64,000 nt of DNA from Eledone cirrhosa (GCA_964016885.1 OZ024743.1:72726001-72790000); one strand, 5' to 3'. Positions 50,158 through 63,381 are shown, counted from the stretch's first letter. Program-made: numbers and translations. The notes: generated by a model not told the origin, from the letters alone.

Positions 50158-53100
50158 AAGGAGTTGTGGCAAGGAACCAGATGGACCATAACGCACCAGA
50201 GTACTCAATACTTAGGGTAGTAGAGTGGGTAATAGGAAAATGCATGTATATATATATATTTATATATATATATATTGACCTGTAATAGACAAATATTGTG
50301 ATATACGTGCAGCGATAGAAAAAAAGGAAGATTTAAAAACAAGAAAGTGTAAGAGAAACTTAGAAAGTAATAAAGAAAGATAGATAGATAGAAAGAGACA
50401 GAGGAACTATTTTTTCTAGAAAAGGAGGTTATTGTCCAGCTACTGTATTGGTGTCACTACTTGATTCGAGTTAAGTATGGTGGATTGGCAGACTTGATAC
50501 AACGTGAGATAAAATATCATTGTGGTATTTGTTCTAACTCTTTACATTCTGAATTCAAATCCAGTTGAGGACAAATTTGTCTGTCTTTGTACCGAGACCA
50601 ATACCACAAAATATCAGTGTGGTGTTGTCGTTAATGTTATCAAGTTTGCCTTTCTTCAAATGTTCATAGCCTAAACCAGGTTCATTTTCAGACATCTAGG
50701 TATGTCCTGTGCGTCCTACTTCAACATGCGATATGAAATAGCATTGCAAATAACTTGAAATTACTCTGTCCCGCCTTATATAGGAAATAAGACATTAGGT
50801 TGTCTAGATTTAGATCTATTAGACAATGCAGCGATACACACGCATACGCACACACAAAGTTACGCGCGCTCACTCAAGTAAAAAGCAAATAAAGAAAACT
50901 GTTCAAGGAGAGTTATTTTCCTAGGAAACTAAACACTGACAATAATGTAAGTTCCCGGGTGAGATTGGGTAGTTATAAAACTAATAATATCGGCACAGAT
51001 TTTTTTTATTCTGAGAAGAAGTTTTTCGAACTATTTATTTTATGAAAAAAAAAAATATCAATCGCTATTAATTATTAAATTCCTATCCCATTTAGGATAT
51101 AAAATTAGGGTCTTAATCATCATATGAGATACTAAACTACATTCTTTCTTTCATATCGTTGTTAAATCAATTGAACAATACCAACACATTAATACAGTAT
51201 TTCTGTGTCATTCTGCTCTCCATGTTTTCCTATTAATAACATTCCTCCTTTGTTATATTCATATTCAATTTAATATAAAAATTCTGACATTTATTCAACC
51301 TCTGAAAAAGCAAATCCCTTGATAATATCGGATGAAGCTATCAGAGAAAGGAACAATAATTAAAAAATAAACATTATATGTTAAATGAGGTAATAAATAT
51401 TTCAGTTGGATAGTCAGAAAGTCACCTAGGTCTTATAGGTTATATGTCAAATCTATTATTGCTCTCTGTAAGCCATATTTGTGGAAGTGATAAAATATTG
51501 AAAGACATAAAATTAATATTTTGTCACATGGTTAATATTTGCAGTATTGTATGTTAATTCTTTGGGGTAAAATAAAAGATAAACATAATTTATTTAAGAG
51601 TGTAACAATGTTAATGGTATTATGAATAAAGAAAATAATATAATATTCAGCAAAATAAAGGAATTTAAACAAAATACTTCTCCGATTAGAAGTTGAATTT
51701 TATGAAACAAATATCTTTTATCTGCATGTTTCTTCTGCGTATTTGAAAAATTGTCAAGTTGACATTTGGGACTTGACAAATGCAACAGTTAATTTAATTT
51801 TAATCTTCTGGGAACAAAGATTGGTCTTTGGACAGGTATAAGAATATACCCATATACACGTGCATGCATCTGCATAGATATTTGTTTCACACAGTGAAGC
51901 ACTAAGGCAAATATTTAAATATTCTGATATGACTGTGCTTAACAAAATTTATTTTGAAACAACGTGGTTTGAGTTTGGTCCAAAGGTCTACCTACACTAT
52001 CCACCTTTTCATATAAATCAGATAGACGGACACTCTGTTTATGAGTCAGGCTATGTATGAATATATATATATATATATATAATTGGGTTTATTTAGAGCT
52101 CACTTGTACATTATGATAGCCTGAGGACTTCGGGCGGCATTTAACCTAAAAAACATTGAAAAATTCCTAAAACAAATTAAAAACTTCCTAAAATATAATT
52201 TTAAAACTTCTTCGAGAAACACCTTTCTTGGCGTGATACAGAGGATGGCCGAATGTGTTGATGCTGTCTCTTCAACAGCCGGCCTCTATATGTATATCGT
52301 AATCACTAATTATTGACAACAACTCAACAAGGATCTTATGCTGGTTAAAGGTAAAACAATAATTGTGTTACGATGAATCTTCTCAAGAACTATGTTAATG
52401 GTACTCGTGCCTGTAGAATGCTCAGTCACTTGCAGTCACTATTCTGTTTATCAAACAACTTGAATGTGGGTACAGATAGAGTCCCAATACAAACATACAC
52501 ATACACATACACGTGTACATACGGGAGTGTGTGCATATGAATATCATTGTCTGTATCAATACGCTGTGCTTTTGTCTTTAAATATGATATATATTCTCAA
52601 AGTCGTAATTTGGAGATCGACCAGTCACGGAAAATATTATTGGTGACGATGATGATGACGTTAATCTTTTATTGCTCTCCTCTAGATTTAGACGCATGAA
52701 ACACTTTGTCAACGTTGTTATCTTTGTATTTATCATCATCATAATTATTTTCATCATCATCATTTAAAATAACTTTATTGAAACTATTCAGACGTATCAT
52801 TTACTTTCTAAAGAAATTATGTCATGCTCAACAAGTACATGATTCAGAATAAATTTCCTACACAAAATATATGAATAGATACTCGACAATTTTCTGTTTA
52901 GGCCACTATTAATCTATTCATTTAACACATCCTTTCACGCCAGTTACACCCAACATGGTGTTTTCAGAATATAAAAGTTATATTTCATGACATATATACA
53001 ATAGATGAATTATTTATAATTCTCAATTAGCCGAACCTATAGCGCAACGTAGGATGTCTTTGCGTTAGTTAGGTATATTACCTTCTGAGTTCACACCGAG

Positions 53101-53390
53101 CCAAGGTTAACATTGCCTTTCATTTTAAAATTTAGCTTCAGAATGGTGTAAAATAAAATGTGCTGACAGTTAATAAACATAGCTATAACCATTGATATAC
53201 ATCAATTTCATATTTCAGGAGTTGATATATTGTAGCTCATAAAACTATAGTACCGCTAGCTTATGGCACTATACATCTAGAGGGTTATGTATATTATATG
53301 TGTATATCTTGTCTGTAAAATATAGTTGATACAATAAGTTTATGTATAAAAAATAATAACATCGAATAAGAGATTCAATACAATTATAAT

Positions 53391-53437
<47 letters not shown>

Positions 53438-53442
<5 letters not shown>

Positions 53443-53587
53443 AAAATGTATGACCCAGACGGCAGAGCTCATGCCGTTTCGACGGCTATTTCTGTACCTG
53501 AAATAGCCGTCGAAAAGGCTTGAGCTCTGCCGTGGTGGTCATATATTTTCCTATTACCCACTCTACTACCCTAAGTATTGAGTACTC
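53438..53587 (+). mobile_element. Family H6 with 5' hairpin
   Basis: 53438-53554 is a hairpin centred on gacggctatttc-tgtacct-gaaatagccgtc; preceded by (TA)n. Confidence 0.75.
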
Positions 53588-53597
53588 TTTATACTAT

Positions 53598-53628
<31 letters not shown>

Positions 53629-54150
53629 ACGTTTAACGTCCGTGTTCCACGCTTGCATGGGTTTGGACGGGGGTAGTCCCACTTGAGGCAAGAGTGATTG
53701 TCTTGCTCGCATAGGACTGTCTGGCAGGTTTTCTACAGTTGGATGCCCTTCCTAACACCAACCACATTTACAGTGTGGGTCTGGGAGGTTTTTACCGTGT
53801 TGCCTACACGGCCACATTACAGCGTGGACTGTGTGTTTTTTGTCGTGACACCTACACGATCTCATTTGTTTCGGCCTCGATGGCGCGGCACCAACATAAC
53901 TTTACATAGAACGGGGTGGTGTGGATCGGGTGGGGGTGGGGGTGGTGGGACGGGGTGTATTTTGTTAGAGATGCCTACTGGCTGGAGTAGGTTTTACTAT
54001 ATATTTAGGTAAGGCGGGTCTTCTCTGTTACTGAGTACCGCCAAAGGTCTCGGTCCAGTGACATTGTCTTGGAGAGGTGTAAGTGTGTGATGTCGGAGTT
54101 TATCAGCTCGTCCCAGGTTTTTCTAGGTCTGCCTATTCCGTGACTACCGT
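53598..54150 (-). mobile_element. RTE-clade LINE 3' end with (GAT)n tail
   Basis: GRPRKTWDELINSD..DRDLWR; 3' ggacgttaaacg+(tga)n. Confidence 0.82.
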
Positions 54151-54280
54151 CTATATATATATATAGTATAAAGAAAACGAAGAATCGGTGATGCATCTGG
54201 ACTTAATTTATATATGTATTAGAAAGTGAGGTTTTTTTACAAAATGAAAAATAACCGAGGTGTCCTACACGAGTGAAAGT

Positions 54281-54570
54281 ATAAAGAAAAAAAGATGAAA
54301 TCGAAAATGCAACTGGAGTCTTATTTAAAATAAAATATATATATACATTTATTTGGTTCCTTTACCGATTTCGCATTTCTTCTGCTTTTCAAAAGTAGAG
54401 TTGAGATGGAGGGTCTGTAGTATTTCTCACAGATGTGAGAGAAACCACAGACCAACTCTACTTTTGAAAAGTAAAAGAACTGCGAAACCGGTAAAGGAAC
54501 CAAATAAATATATATATATTTTTTTAAATAAGACTCCAGTTGCATTTTTAATTTCATCTTTTTATCTTTA
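54281..54570. mobile_element. Fold-back element H5 with U3-A8 hammerhead in each arm
   Basis: Arms about 54281-54403 and 54453-54570; ctt-TTGAAAA-gta..tgc-GAAA-ccgg-TA-aag at 54461-54496 (+), mirror at 54360-54395 (-); the spacer is itself hairpin-like. Confidence 0.72.
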
Positions 54571-55278
54571 TATATATATATATATATATTAAAAACTGCA
54601 TTAACCGAAATGTACATATCTTTTTTATAAAGCAGTAAAATGGGAGATTTTAAAGAACCTTTTTTGAAACTTTTAGTAAGCTAATGTACGAAGGAAAGGC
54701 AACATTCTTGGATTCATGCTAAATTTGCGGAAAGTTTACGTGATGACAAAGGTTGCTTCGGCTTTCTGCTAGCTAAATACTTTAGAAACCAACTCACTCA
54801 ATCACAGTATGGAAGATTTTCAATAAACATGAATGACATACATCACTGAATTATTGCAAATGAATATTCTGCTGATTTTGAGATCATTCCTTTGCTTTAC
54901 CATTGTTAAGAAGATGAAATGGTGTTCATACTGCCATTCTAATTTGAAATATAAGACATCACTTTAATTTAAGCAAACTATATTTATTTCATTGAAAATC
55001 AAAGTAACACGCACGTCTTTGATAACATTTCGCCAGCTGCGTTAACGCAATAAAAAAAATGTAACCAGTATAATAAACATTGAAGATTCCATCAACACGT
55101 AGAGCGTTGTGACTATTCAACTTAAAAGCTCTCCTGTGCGAGAGTATTCTCATTCAATGATTTAGGAACATACAGATGGTGGATTGTGTCATTATATCAC
55201 ATCATTTGTGAATCTTCCAGTGTCTTACAAAGATGGCATTCATTCAACCTGAGTTGATATACTCATATATATATATAT

Positions 55279-55532
55279 ATAGGAACAAGTAAGACCCCGA
55301 CGGCAGAACTCAAGCCGTTTCGACGGCTATTTCTGTCAAGAAATATCCCTCGAAACGGCTTGATCTCTACCGTCGGGATCTTACTTGTTCCTATTACCCA
55401 CTCTACTACCCTAAGTATTGAGTAATTTGGTGCGTTATGGTCCATCTGGTTCCTTACCACAATTCCTTCGTTATATATATATATATATATATATAACGAA
55501 GGAATTGTGGTAAGGAACCAGATGGAGCATAA
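55279..55532 (+). mobile_element. Family H6 with 5' hairpin and a mirrored 3' end across (TA)n
   Basis: Hairpin 55279-55394; second palindrome 55435-55532 centred on (TA)n. Confidence 0.78.
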
Positions 55533-55721
55533 TATCCGTAGTGGTATGGTCAACTAACTGTTTTGTAACCACTTCTACCTAACTCGTCCCAAGGACTGAG
55601 TGCTCTACCACTACGGATATTACCTTCCAGTGTTCTACAACTATATATATATACGAGTTAAAGATCCGCAAAGGTGAAACAATTGTTCTCGATATGGTGA
55701 AGTAACTGTTGGGTAACCACT

Positions 55722-55722
<1 letters not shown>
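55530..55722 (+). mobile_element. Two fragments of the pLTR of the Penelope-like element at 62325-62905
   Basis: Match 62768-62905; decayed hammerhead at 55654-55691; short 5' inversion taatatccgtagtggta. Confidence 0.75.
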
Positions 55723-55760
<38 letters not shown>

Positions 55761-55866
55761 GAAAAGTGTAGAAATTATCGTAGCAAGAAGCCAACAGTAT
55801 TCCATTATATATATATATATATATATAAGGTGGTTCTATGGTAATAATTTGATATACCAGAACTTA

Positions 55867-56384
55867 ATATCAAGATAAGCAGAACAACTAAAATTCAACC
55901 AATTCTAGGGGTACATTGAACCAATTCTAGGGCTACATTGAACCCTCAGATATATAACTTTATTCATTATACTCCGTTATGTAGAGAACAAATTCTGTCG
56001 TTCTATCTAGCTGCTAATTTTTGCGGGGTGGCGAATATAGACAACAAGTCCACGATTTCCCGCCTTCACTTTACACCAACGTATTTATGGGTCACTTTCA
56101 CAACCTTTCAGACCTGTATTAGTAGGAGTGAGGTCATATATTTTATCGTTCCTGAGGTTTTTAACCCTAGGAAAGGAAAATGCTTCTCTGATGATTTTTG
56201 TTTTTCCATTAATATCCATGTGATATCTAATATTTTGCAAAGTGAAACTGTACAGTAAGGGGCCACTTGAATAGGTAAATATTTATATTATATTTTTTTA
56301 ATTCTGATTAATTTTAATTGTAAATTAATTTTGATTTATTTTGAAAAATTGGTTGAATTTTACTTGTTCTGCTTATCTTGATAT
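55867..56384. mobile_element. Element bounded by 38-bp inverted repeats (MITE or 5'-inverted PLE derivative)
   Basis: atatcaagataagcagaacaactaaaattcaaccaatt at 55867-55904, complement at 56347-56384, then (TA)n. Confidence 0.6.
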
Positions 56385-56440
56385 ATATATATATATATAT
56401 ATAGAAGGATTTAAATGGATACAGTTCAGTTAAAAGGAAT

Positions 56441-56561
56441 TTATTGACACGTGTTTCAATAACAGTTACATAACATGAAAACACCTGCTATCTACAAAGT
56501 ATTAATTATGCAGACATTCAATATTTCAATGTTATTATCAACTAGCATTTCATCAGAATAA
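56441..56561 (-). ncRNA. Type-I hammerhead with intact core and 92-nt stem II
   Basis: rc ttatt-CTGATGA-[92-nt imperfect hairpin]-GAAA-cacgtg-TC-aataa. Confidence 0.78.
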
Positions 56562-57124
56562 TTTTATTGAGAACCTGTTTGGTTTTTATAGAGAATATTA
56601 AGAGGGAGGTGCTAATATGCTATAATTTATGTGTCTAAAAGCGACCATATGTATGTATATATATGTGAAAATGTATATAAATAAGTAAATATATATATAT
56701 ATGTTTGATGTGGATAGATAGATGTATGTGTATTCATGTATTAAAGTGTTTATATATATATATATATATATACACACAGACAGGAGTATGTATGTATATA
56801 TGTGTGTGTCTATACGTGTGTATATGAAGATAAGTTGAGTATGAAAATGTATATACATGAATGCGTATGTGTGTACATATATATTTGTATATATATATAT
56901 ATATATATAGATATTTATGTGCTGGTATATATGTATATAAGTATGAGCATGTAAGTATGCGTATGTGAGTGTATGTATTTTGTAGAGGTGTGCATATATG
57001 TTTGTGTGTGAATGTGTGGGCGAACGGATACGTACACTTGAAAGAAAAATTTCAGTCTGTATGTTAATATATATATATATTTATATATATATTTATAAAT
57101 ATATATATATATATATTTATATAC

Positions 57125-57216
<92 letters not shown>

Positions 57217-57408
57217 AATATATATATATATAATAAGTCATGGAATATAACAATTTCACAGTTAAATGTCACTTGCACGTTGAGAGCGTTCGCCAATTGA
57301 CTGGCGAGCAATATCTAGAATTGTTAATCTGGTAGGATCTATCGCTGTATTCAATTTCTAATAACTTTGCGTATGCATCGTCGTAAATCGGCCACACAAT
57401 GTTTAACA

Positions 57409-57499
<91 letters not shown>

Positions 57500-57500
<1 letters not shown>

Positions 57501-57810
57501 TTAGAAATTATAAGCTTTCACCGTATTTTAGACTAAAGAAATTTCTAGCCTGATAATGGGGTTTATAACCCTCGGAGAAATGGAAAAAGATGGGTGTTGC
57601 CGTACATGAGTGTCGTTGTAATTGGCGGTTGAGATGTCTCAGGATCTGATTAATACACGTGCGATGTATGCGGTTAGTGTTGTTTTGGAAAGCTGGTGTA
57701 CGTAGGCTTACGGGTAAATGGATGTTCCTGATGGCGTTGGGGATGACATCGTTTTTTAGGCAGCGTTTCAGGAAAATAATTTGACAGCCAGCATTGGCCC
57801 ATTTCTCGCA
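57500..57810 (-). pseudogene. Penelope-like element N-terminal ORF fragment
   Basis: QIIFLKRCLKNDVIP resembles PLE N-termini; related fragment at 45340-45450. Confidence 0.55.
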
Positions 57811-57924
57811 CACACACACACACACAGTAATATTTACCAAACAGGCAGAGAATGGACGACAGCTAGCGCCACCCCACTCCCTCATTCGGCCGCTGACCTC
57901 TGCCCGACCGACCCCATTTCACGC

Positions 57925-58124
57925 NNNNNNNNNNNNNNNNNNNNNNNNNNNNNNNNNNNNNNNNNNNNNNNNNNNNNNNNNNNNNNNNNNNNNNNNNNNN
58001 NNNNNNNNNNNNNNNNNNNNNNNNNNNNNNNNNNNNNNNNNNNNNNNNNNNNNNNNNNNNNNNNNNNNNNNNNNNNNNNNNNNNNNNNNNNNNNNNNNNN
58101 NNNNNNNNNNNNNNNNNNNNNNNN
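57925..58124. other. Assembly gap (200 N)
   Basis: Run of N. Confidence 1.
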
Positions 58125-59559
58125 CATACATACATACATACATACATATGTATTTATGTATACAAAAATTAAAAATATAAGGTTGAGAATGAAGTTTATG
58201 ATATATTAACCTTCGCCCACAAGACATCCTTCTTTATGTTTGCAATTATTGTATTCTTACTGAATCCCGAAAACTGGATTTTGGCAGTAAATCTAAAAGA
58301 AAGAATTTAATTGCAAAACAATTAGATGGAACACTTTACAAATAACATCACATACTCAGTGTCTCCTCTGCCTAACAGTTGAATAGAAAGTATTTCACTG
58401 TTTAAATTTCTAAATCATATCCCATTTATCATTTCAATGTAGACCAATAGTTATTTACTCTATGACAGCCATTGGAATTGTACATTTATTGCTGCAGCAT
58501 AACCTTCTACAGCTAGTTTGGATGTTTTCCAACTTATTTCAGTTTTTCTTTAAAAAGTTTCAGGTTTTATTTATTTGTGTTGTTAAAATGTTGCGCAGGA
58601 CAGGAGCCACTTAAAATACATAATATTTTCTATTTTATTTTGTTATATTTTCAGTATTTCTAAATATTGTTTTTACTAGTCTGGTTATTATTGCAGCTGC
58701 GCAGCAAAGATATGACTATAATTTTTTTACTTTCGTCTAAGAGAAGTAATATCGCTTAAAGAACAAAGCGTAATACAGCCACATCCTACATTCAAAACAA
58801 CAAGAATACCTCGTCGTCTGCGTTGGCATATATGACAACGAAATGGCTTATAATAAAAATTCATTTTTTTTGTGATAGACAAAAGATTTTGTAGTATACC
58901 ACTGAGGATTACATACTGAGTTAAAATAAATAAAATACGAGTGTCCAACAGCCTCTAATTTGTGAATGAAAAATTTATAAAATAATTGCTCAGAAATGTT
59001 ATCCGAGACAATTTATATTTCGGTTGAAATATTTTAACATTTGAGCGTCCCATTCTGTTTTACTTCATATATCTTCATAAATGTCTTATATACATCTATA
59101 TATTCGTAGATTATCAATGGCGCGAGATAAAATATGCATGATAGTAAATTACACTTCATTATATACAGTATGGAGAATTGGAAATATGACAAAAGACATT
59201 ATCTTAAGATATCAGGCACTAAATATTCTATATCAGTAACTTAACAAAAATATACTGGTGATTTATTTTTGTTTACCCAAGTCTTCTGCAGTAAAATAGG
59301 TCTATTATAAAACATATTCTTGCCGTAAGATTATAAATAATATTCTAGCTATTACATTATAAAACGTAGTCAAGCTGTGGCGAACGCGTGTTGTTAGTAG
59401 CAGCATGAATTATACAATGTTTTCATTTTATATTTAAGATGGTGATGTATCATTCTAAGGCGATCTAAATACGGTATAGTCAAAATTTAAAAGTTACCTC
59501 TTCAATATTATAGTCATTAGGTCATATATAAACCATGTCACAAGAACAAATCGCTGGAC

Positions 59560-59809
59560 AGAATTTACGGGGAAAACCAACAGGAAGAAGACCCAGGGGT
59601 AGACCTCAAACATGATGGTTGGATAACAACCATGAGCTTGACTGTTCTCGCTTGGGGATCCAGCCGGATCAGTTGGGGGTGGCTGCTTCTGACAGGAACC
59701 GCTGGAAAACGTATTTGAGGACTTTGCCCACAAGAAGAAGAAGAAAAAGAAGAAGAAGAAGAAGAAGAAGAAGAAGAAGAAGAAGAAGAAGAAGAAGAAG
59801 AAGAAGAAG

Positions 59810-59838
<29 letters not shown>
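59560..59838 (+). mobile_element. RTE-clade LINE 3' end with (GAA)n tail
   Basis: RPRGRPQT*WLDN..ASDRNRWK then (AAG)n. Confidence 0.75.
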
Positions 59839-59840
<2 letters not shown>

Positions 59841-60124
59841 TACATATAATTACAAGGAGATAATAAAATAATAGTTCTACATGTTGAAAGTGATTAAGCA
59901 TATTTGTTCAAAATAAAGAATGTCATATAAACAACATCAACTTTGAGGTAGTTATATTTAGACAATGTGTGACAAATACAATGAGACGCTTGTGACATCG
60001 TCTGGACCATTTATATGTAAAACACAAGTCATATGAATAAATAGATGAATGAATGAATGAATGAATGAATGAATCGTTATAAAACCAGACAAATAAATCA
60101 GTAACACACATGTACACGCGGTCC

Positions 60125-60410
60125 GAACACAGAGGAGCCAACTCTGTGCCGAAGGTGGTGTGTAGGGATGTGGCCCTAGGGCCAAGGACATCAGTGGTCT
60201 CCATTGCTACGGGCTTGACTGCAAACCTGTCGGAGAGTGACCGATATTTGGGGAGTTTACCTTTCGCAGTCCGATGTGCAACAGAACCTAGGTTAGTCGC
60301 AGACTGCACCAGGTTGCCGCTGGAGAATGTGGCGCTGCATATGGCATCCAAGATGAGTGGTTTACCACGGCGGAACGGGAAGATGGTCATGATGTGTGTC
60401 CTTTTGTCGT
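60125..60410 (-). pseudogene. Restriction-like endonuclease fragment of a CRE-like non-LTR element
   Basis: FPFRRGKPLILDAIC..TF..KLPKYRSL..PVAMETTDVLG. Confidence 0.7.
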
Positions 60411-61119
60411 CCCTCGCTTCAGCCTCAACGTCTCGAGCTGGGAGGGGAAGCTTGTAGCTTCACGACAAATAGACAAAATACAATGTCGAAGTTACAGTAG
60501 ATATTCAGGTGAGATATAACATGAAATCAACAACCATGGTCCAAGAACAAGGACAAGCATTTGACAGGTTATGGACATGAAGCATGTGTTGCATTTGGAA
60601 GTTCAGTGAATTTAAATCTCTTATTCATTCTTCCGCTCTTTCCTCTTTCTGTCTTCATCCAACTCGTAAACCTGCGTCATTTACCATAATCTCTGGTTTC
60701 GTCTTGCTTTGTCAATGAAATTGGGTAGAAGGAAATTGATGGGAAACACGTCAGATGGACTCTACATGTAATCCAAAAGTCCAGCTATGTTACACATTAT
60801 GTCGCCTTAATCGCATTGCCAGCTTCGTTATAGGTACACGGGTCTGTAGAATCCTTATACATATACACGTTACGTTCATGAGAAAGCTGTTCAATCGAGC
60901 GAACAATTTGAACACACGTCGAAGAAATACACGAAATTTCATTCCAATCCTGTCCCCTAAATTTCTTTTAATCTTTGCCTTTAGCCTTCCCCTCTCTCTT
61001 TCTCTTGCTCAAGATCTCTCTCTCTCTCTCCCTCTCTCTCTCTCTATCTATCTAATTATCTCTCTCTATATATATCTCTATCCATATATATATATATATA
61101 TAATTTACAAAATTAAATA

Positions 61120-61595
61120 AGCCATCTACCTCCGAACACATTCTCCGGACTGAAGCCTTGTGCAACTGTCTAAACAAGGAAGCATGCCCACTTGAAAACA
61201 GATGCCTGAAAAATGACATCGTATACAAATGTGATGTCATCTCAGGCACCGATGATAGCAACAACAAAAAGACTTACATCGGCATGATTTCCAATAATTT
61301 AAAAAACACGGTGGTATGACCATACCCACTCTTTCAGAAGAGCGGACAAATCAAATCAGACAACACTCGCCTCCTATATCTGGGACTTCAAAAGGAACTC
61401 TACAAGCTTCACGCTTAAATAGAAAATACTCCAGAAAGCGCACTCATACAAGGGAGGACACAAGTGCAGCGAACTTTGTATCTCAGAGAGCTACGAAATA
61501 TTATTTGCCAGGGGCCCGCTACTGAACAAACACTTTGAACACTGCCCGAATTGCATGCACAAAAACTTTGCAAATTTCAAATACCAGATGGCTAA
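61120..61595 (+). pseudogene. Penelope-like (Naiad-type) GIY-YIG endonuclease remnant
   Basis: Manual translation from 61161: CNCLNKEACPLENRCLKNDIVYKCDV..KTYIGM, then after a frameshift RWYDHTHSFRR..TTLASYIWDFK. Confidence 0.85.
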
Positions 61596-61860
61596 AAAAG
61601 ATTTCACTTTTTTTTTAAAACTTCTATCGACCCGAAACACGGCACTTTGGTCATGTAAGTACTTCTTATCTATCTGCTCTTTCCGCATCTAGAGAGTACT
61701 TCATATTTATACTGTATAGGTGTGTGTGTGTATATGTGTATATTTATGAGTCTATGAACGTACGTATTTGTATGAGTGGCCGCACGTATGAATGTGTATG
61801 TTTGTGTGTACGTGCGTTTATATGTATATGCGTATGTTTGTATGTATGTGTATGTGTATG

Positions 61861-61955
<95 letters not shown>

Positions 61956-62030
61956 ATAAGTATATATATATATGTATATATATGTGTGTGTATGTGTGAG
62001 TGTATGTATGTGTTTATATGTTTATATATT

Positions 62031-62095
<65 letters not shown>

Positions 62096-62124
62096 TTGTG
62101 TGTAGGTGTGTGTGTGTGTATGTA

Positions 62125-62190
<66 letters not shown>

Positions 62191-62253
62191 TATATTTTGA
62201 TATGTGTGTGTATGTGTGTATATGTACTCTATGTATGTGTGTATGTATGTGTT

Positions 62254-62290
<37 letters not shown>

Positions 62291-62324
62291 GTATATGTTT
62301 GTATATATATATATATATATATAT

Positions 62325-62902
62325 TTCGGTACCCGGACAGACGTTCATCCACGAAACTCGCGAGTCACGTATGGTCCCTCAAGGACTCAAATATAGACTA
62401 CTCCATTCAATGGAAAGCCGTCACTAAGTCCAAGCCATACGCAAGGAGAAGTCCGCCGTGTGGACTATGTATTGATGAACGAATAAATATTCTAAAGAGA
62501 TTATGCAATAGTGATTGCCTAAACACGTGAAATGAATTCTTCACAAGTTGTCCACACATCTCAAAACACCTCTTGAATAACTACAAAGCTCCGGATTGAA
62601 TTACAACAACATCATAATTTTCTTATCAACTAGAAACTTTTAGGGCTTTCGCAGTTGTCTCCCCTACACCTCCTGCGCGCCTTTTAGTATTTACTGTGGG
62701 AAGTGACCGGTTTCTGCGCATGCGCGTTAGTACGGTTGTCCATCCTTTTCCCTATAACCATGTTTATTACGAGCTAAGGATCCGCTAAGGTGAAACAATT
62801 GTTCTCGGTATGGTGAACTAAATGTTGTGTAACCACTTCTACCTAACTCGTCGCATGGACTGAGTGCTCTACCAATACGGATATTACCTTCCAGTTTTCT
62901 AC

Positions 62903-62905
<3 letters not shown>
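62325..62905 (+). mobile_element. Penelope-like (Naiad-type) 3' end: GIY-YIG C-terminus, UTR and hammerhead, between (TA)n tracts
   Basis: [37 protein letters not shown]; cgag-CTAAGGA-tcc..ggt-GAAA-caattg-TT-ctcg at 62770-62807. Confidence 0.85.
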
Positions 62906-62942
<37 letters not shown>

Positions 62943-62945
<3 letters not shown>

Positions 62946-63305
62946 AAAAAGGGATATTCAATATGTTGGTAATTCAGCAAATATAAATGTTTATAACTGA
63001 TTCAGACCATTGGACAAAGAACGCTGGTATAACCAAACATTTAAGAGAGAGATCCGATAAAAAATCTTCCACTTCACTTTCAGATTTAATTTGGAACTTA
63101 AAAGACAACAATATAGTCTATTCAATATCTTGGGGAACGATTTCGAAAGCACCTGCATACCGAAATATTGCTTTCTCAAGATACTGTAACTTATGTATCG
63201 AGGAAATTGTTTTTTATAATTAACTCTCTAAAGTCTATTAATCTTAAAACAGAATTATTTTCTTTTTGCAGACATGGCCAAAATTCCACTTTCAGAAGTA
63301 TTTTT
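62943..63305 (+). pseudogene. Third Penelope-like GIY-YIG remnant
   Basis: QYVG..TSLSDLIWNLKDNNIVYSISW..AY..CNLCIEE, later ELFSFCRH. Confidence 0.8.
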
Positions 63306-63381
63306 AATTTTTAATTTATGATATTCATTGCACTTAACTGTATCTTATACAACATCAAAATGATCCTATTTTCTTTAAAAC

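Noticed and set aside
57781-58227. ORFs of about 85-140 aa
   Set aside because: Artefacts of the N gap
62528-62530. In-frame TGA in the Naiad-type ORF as selenocysteine
   Set aside because: It falls at the Arg position of the LNxR motif, not a Cys; CGA to TGA decay is the simpler explanation; no SECIS identified
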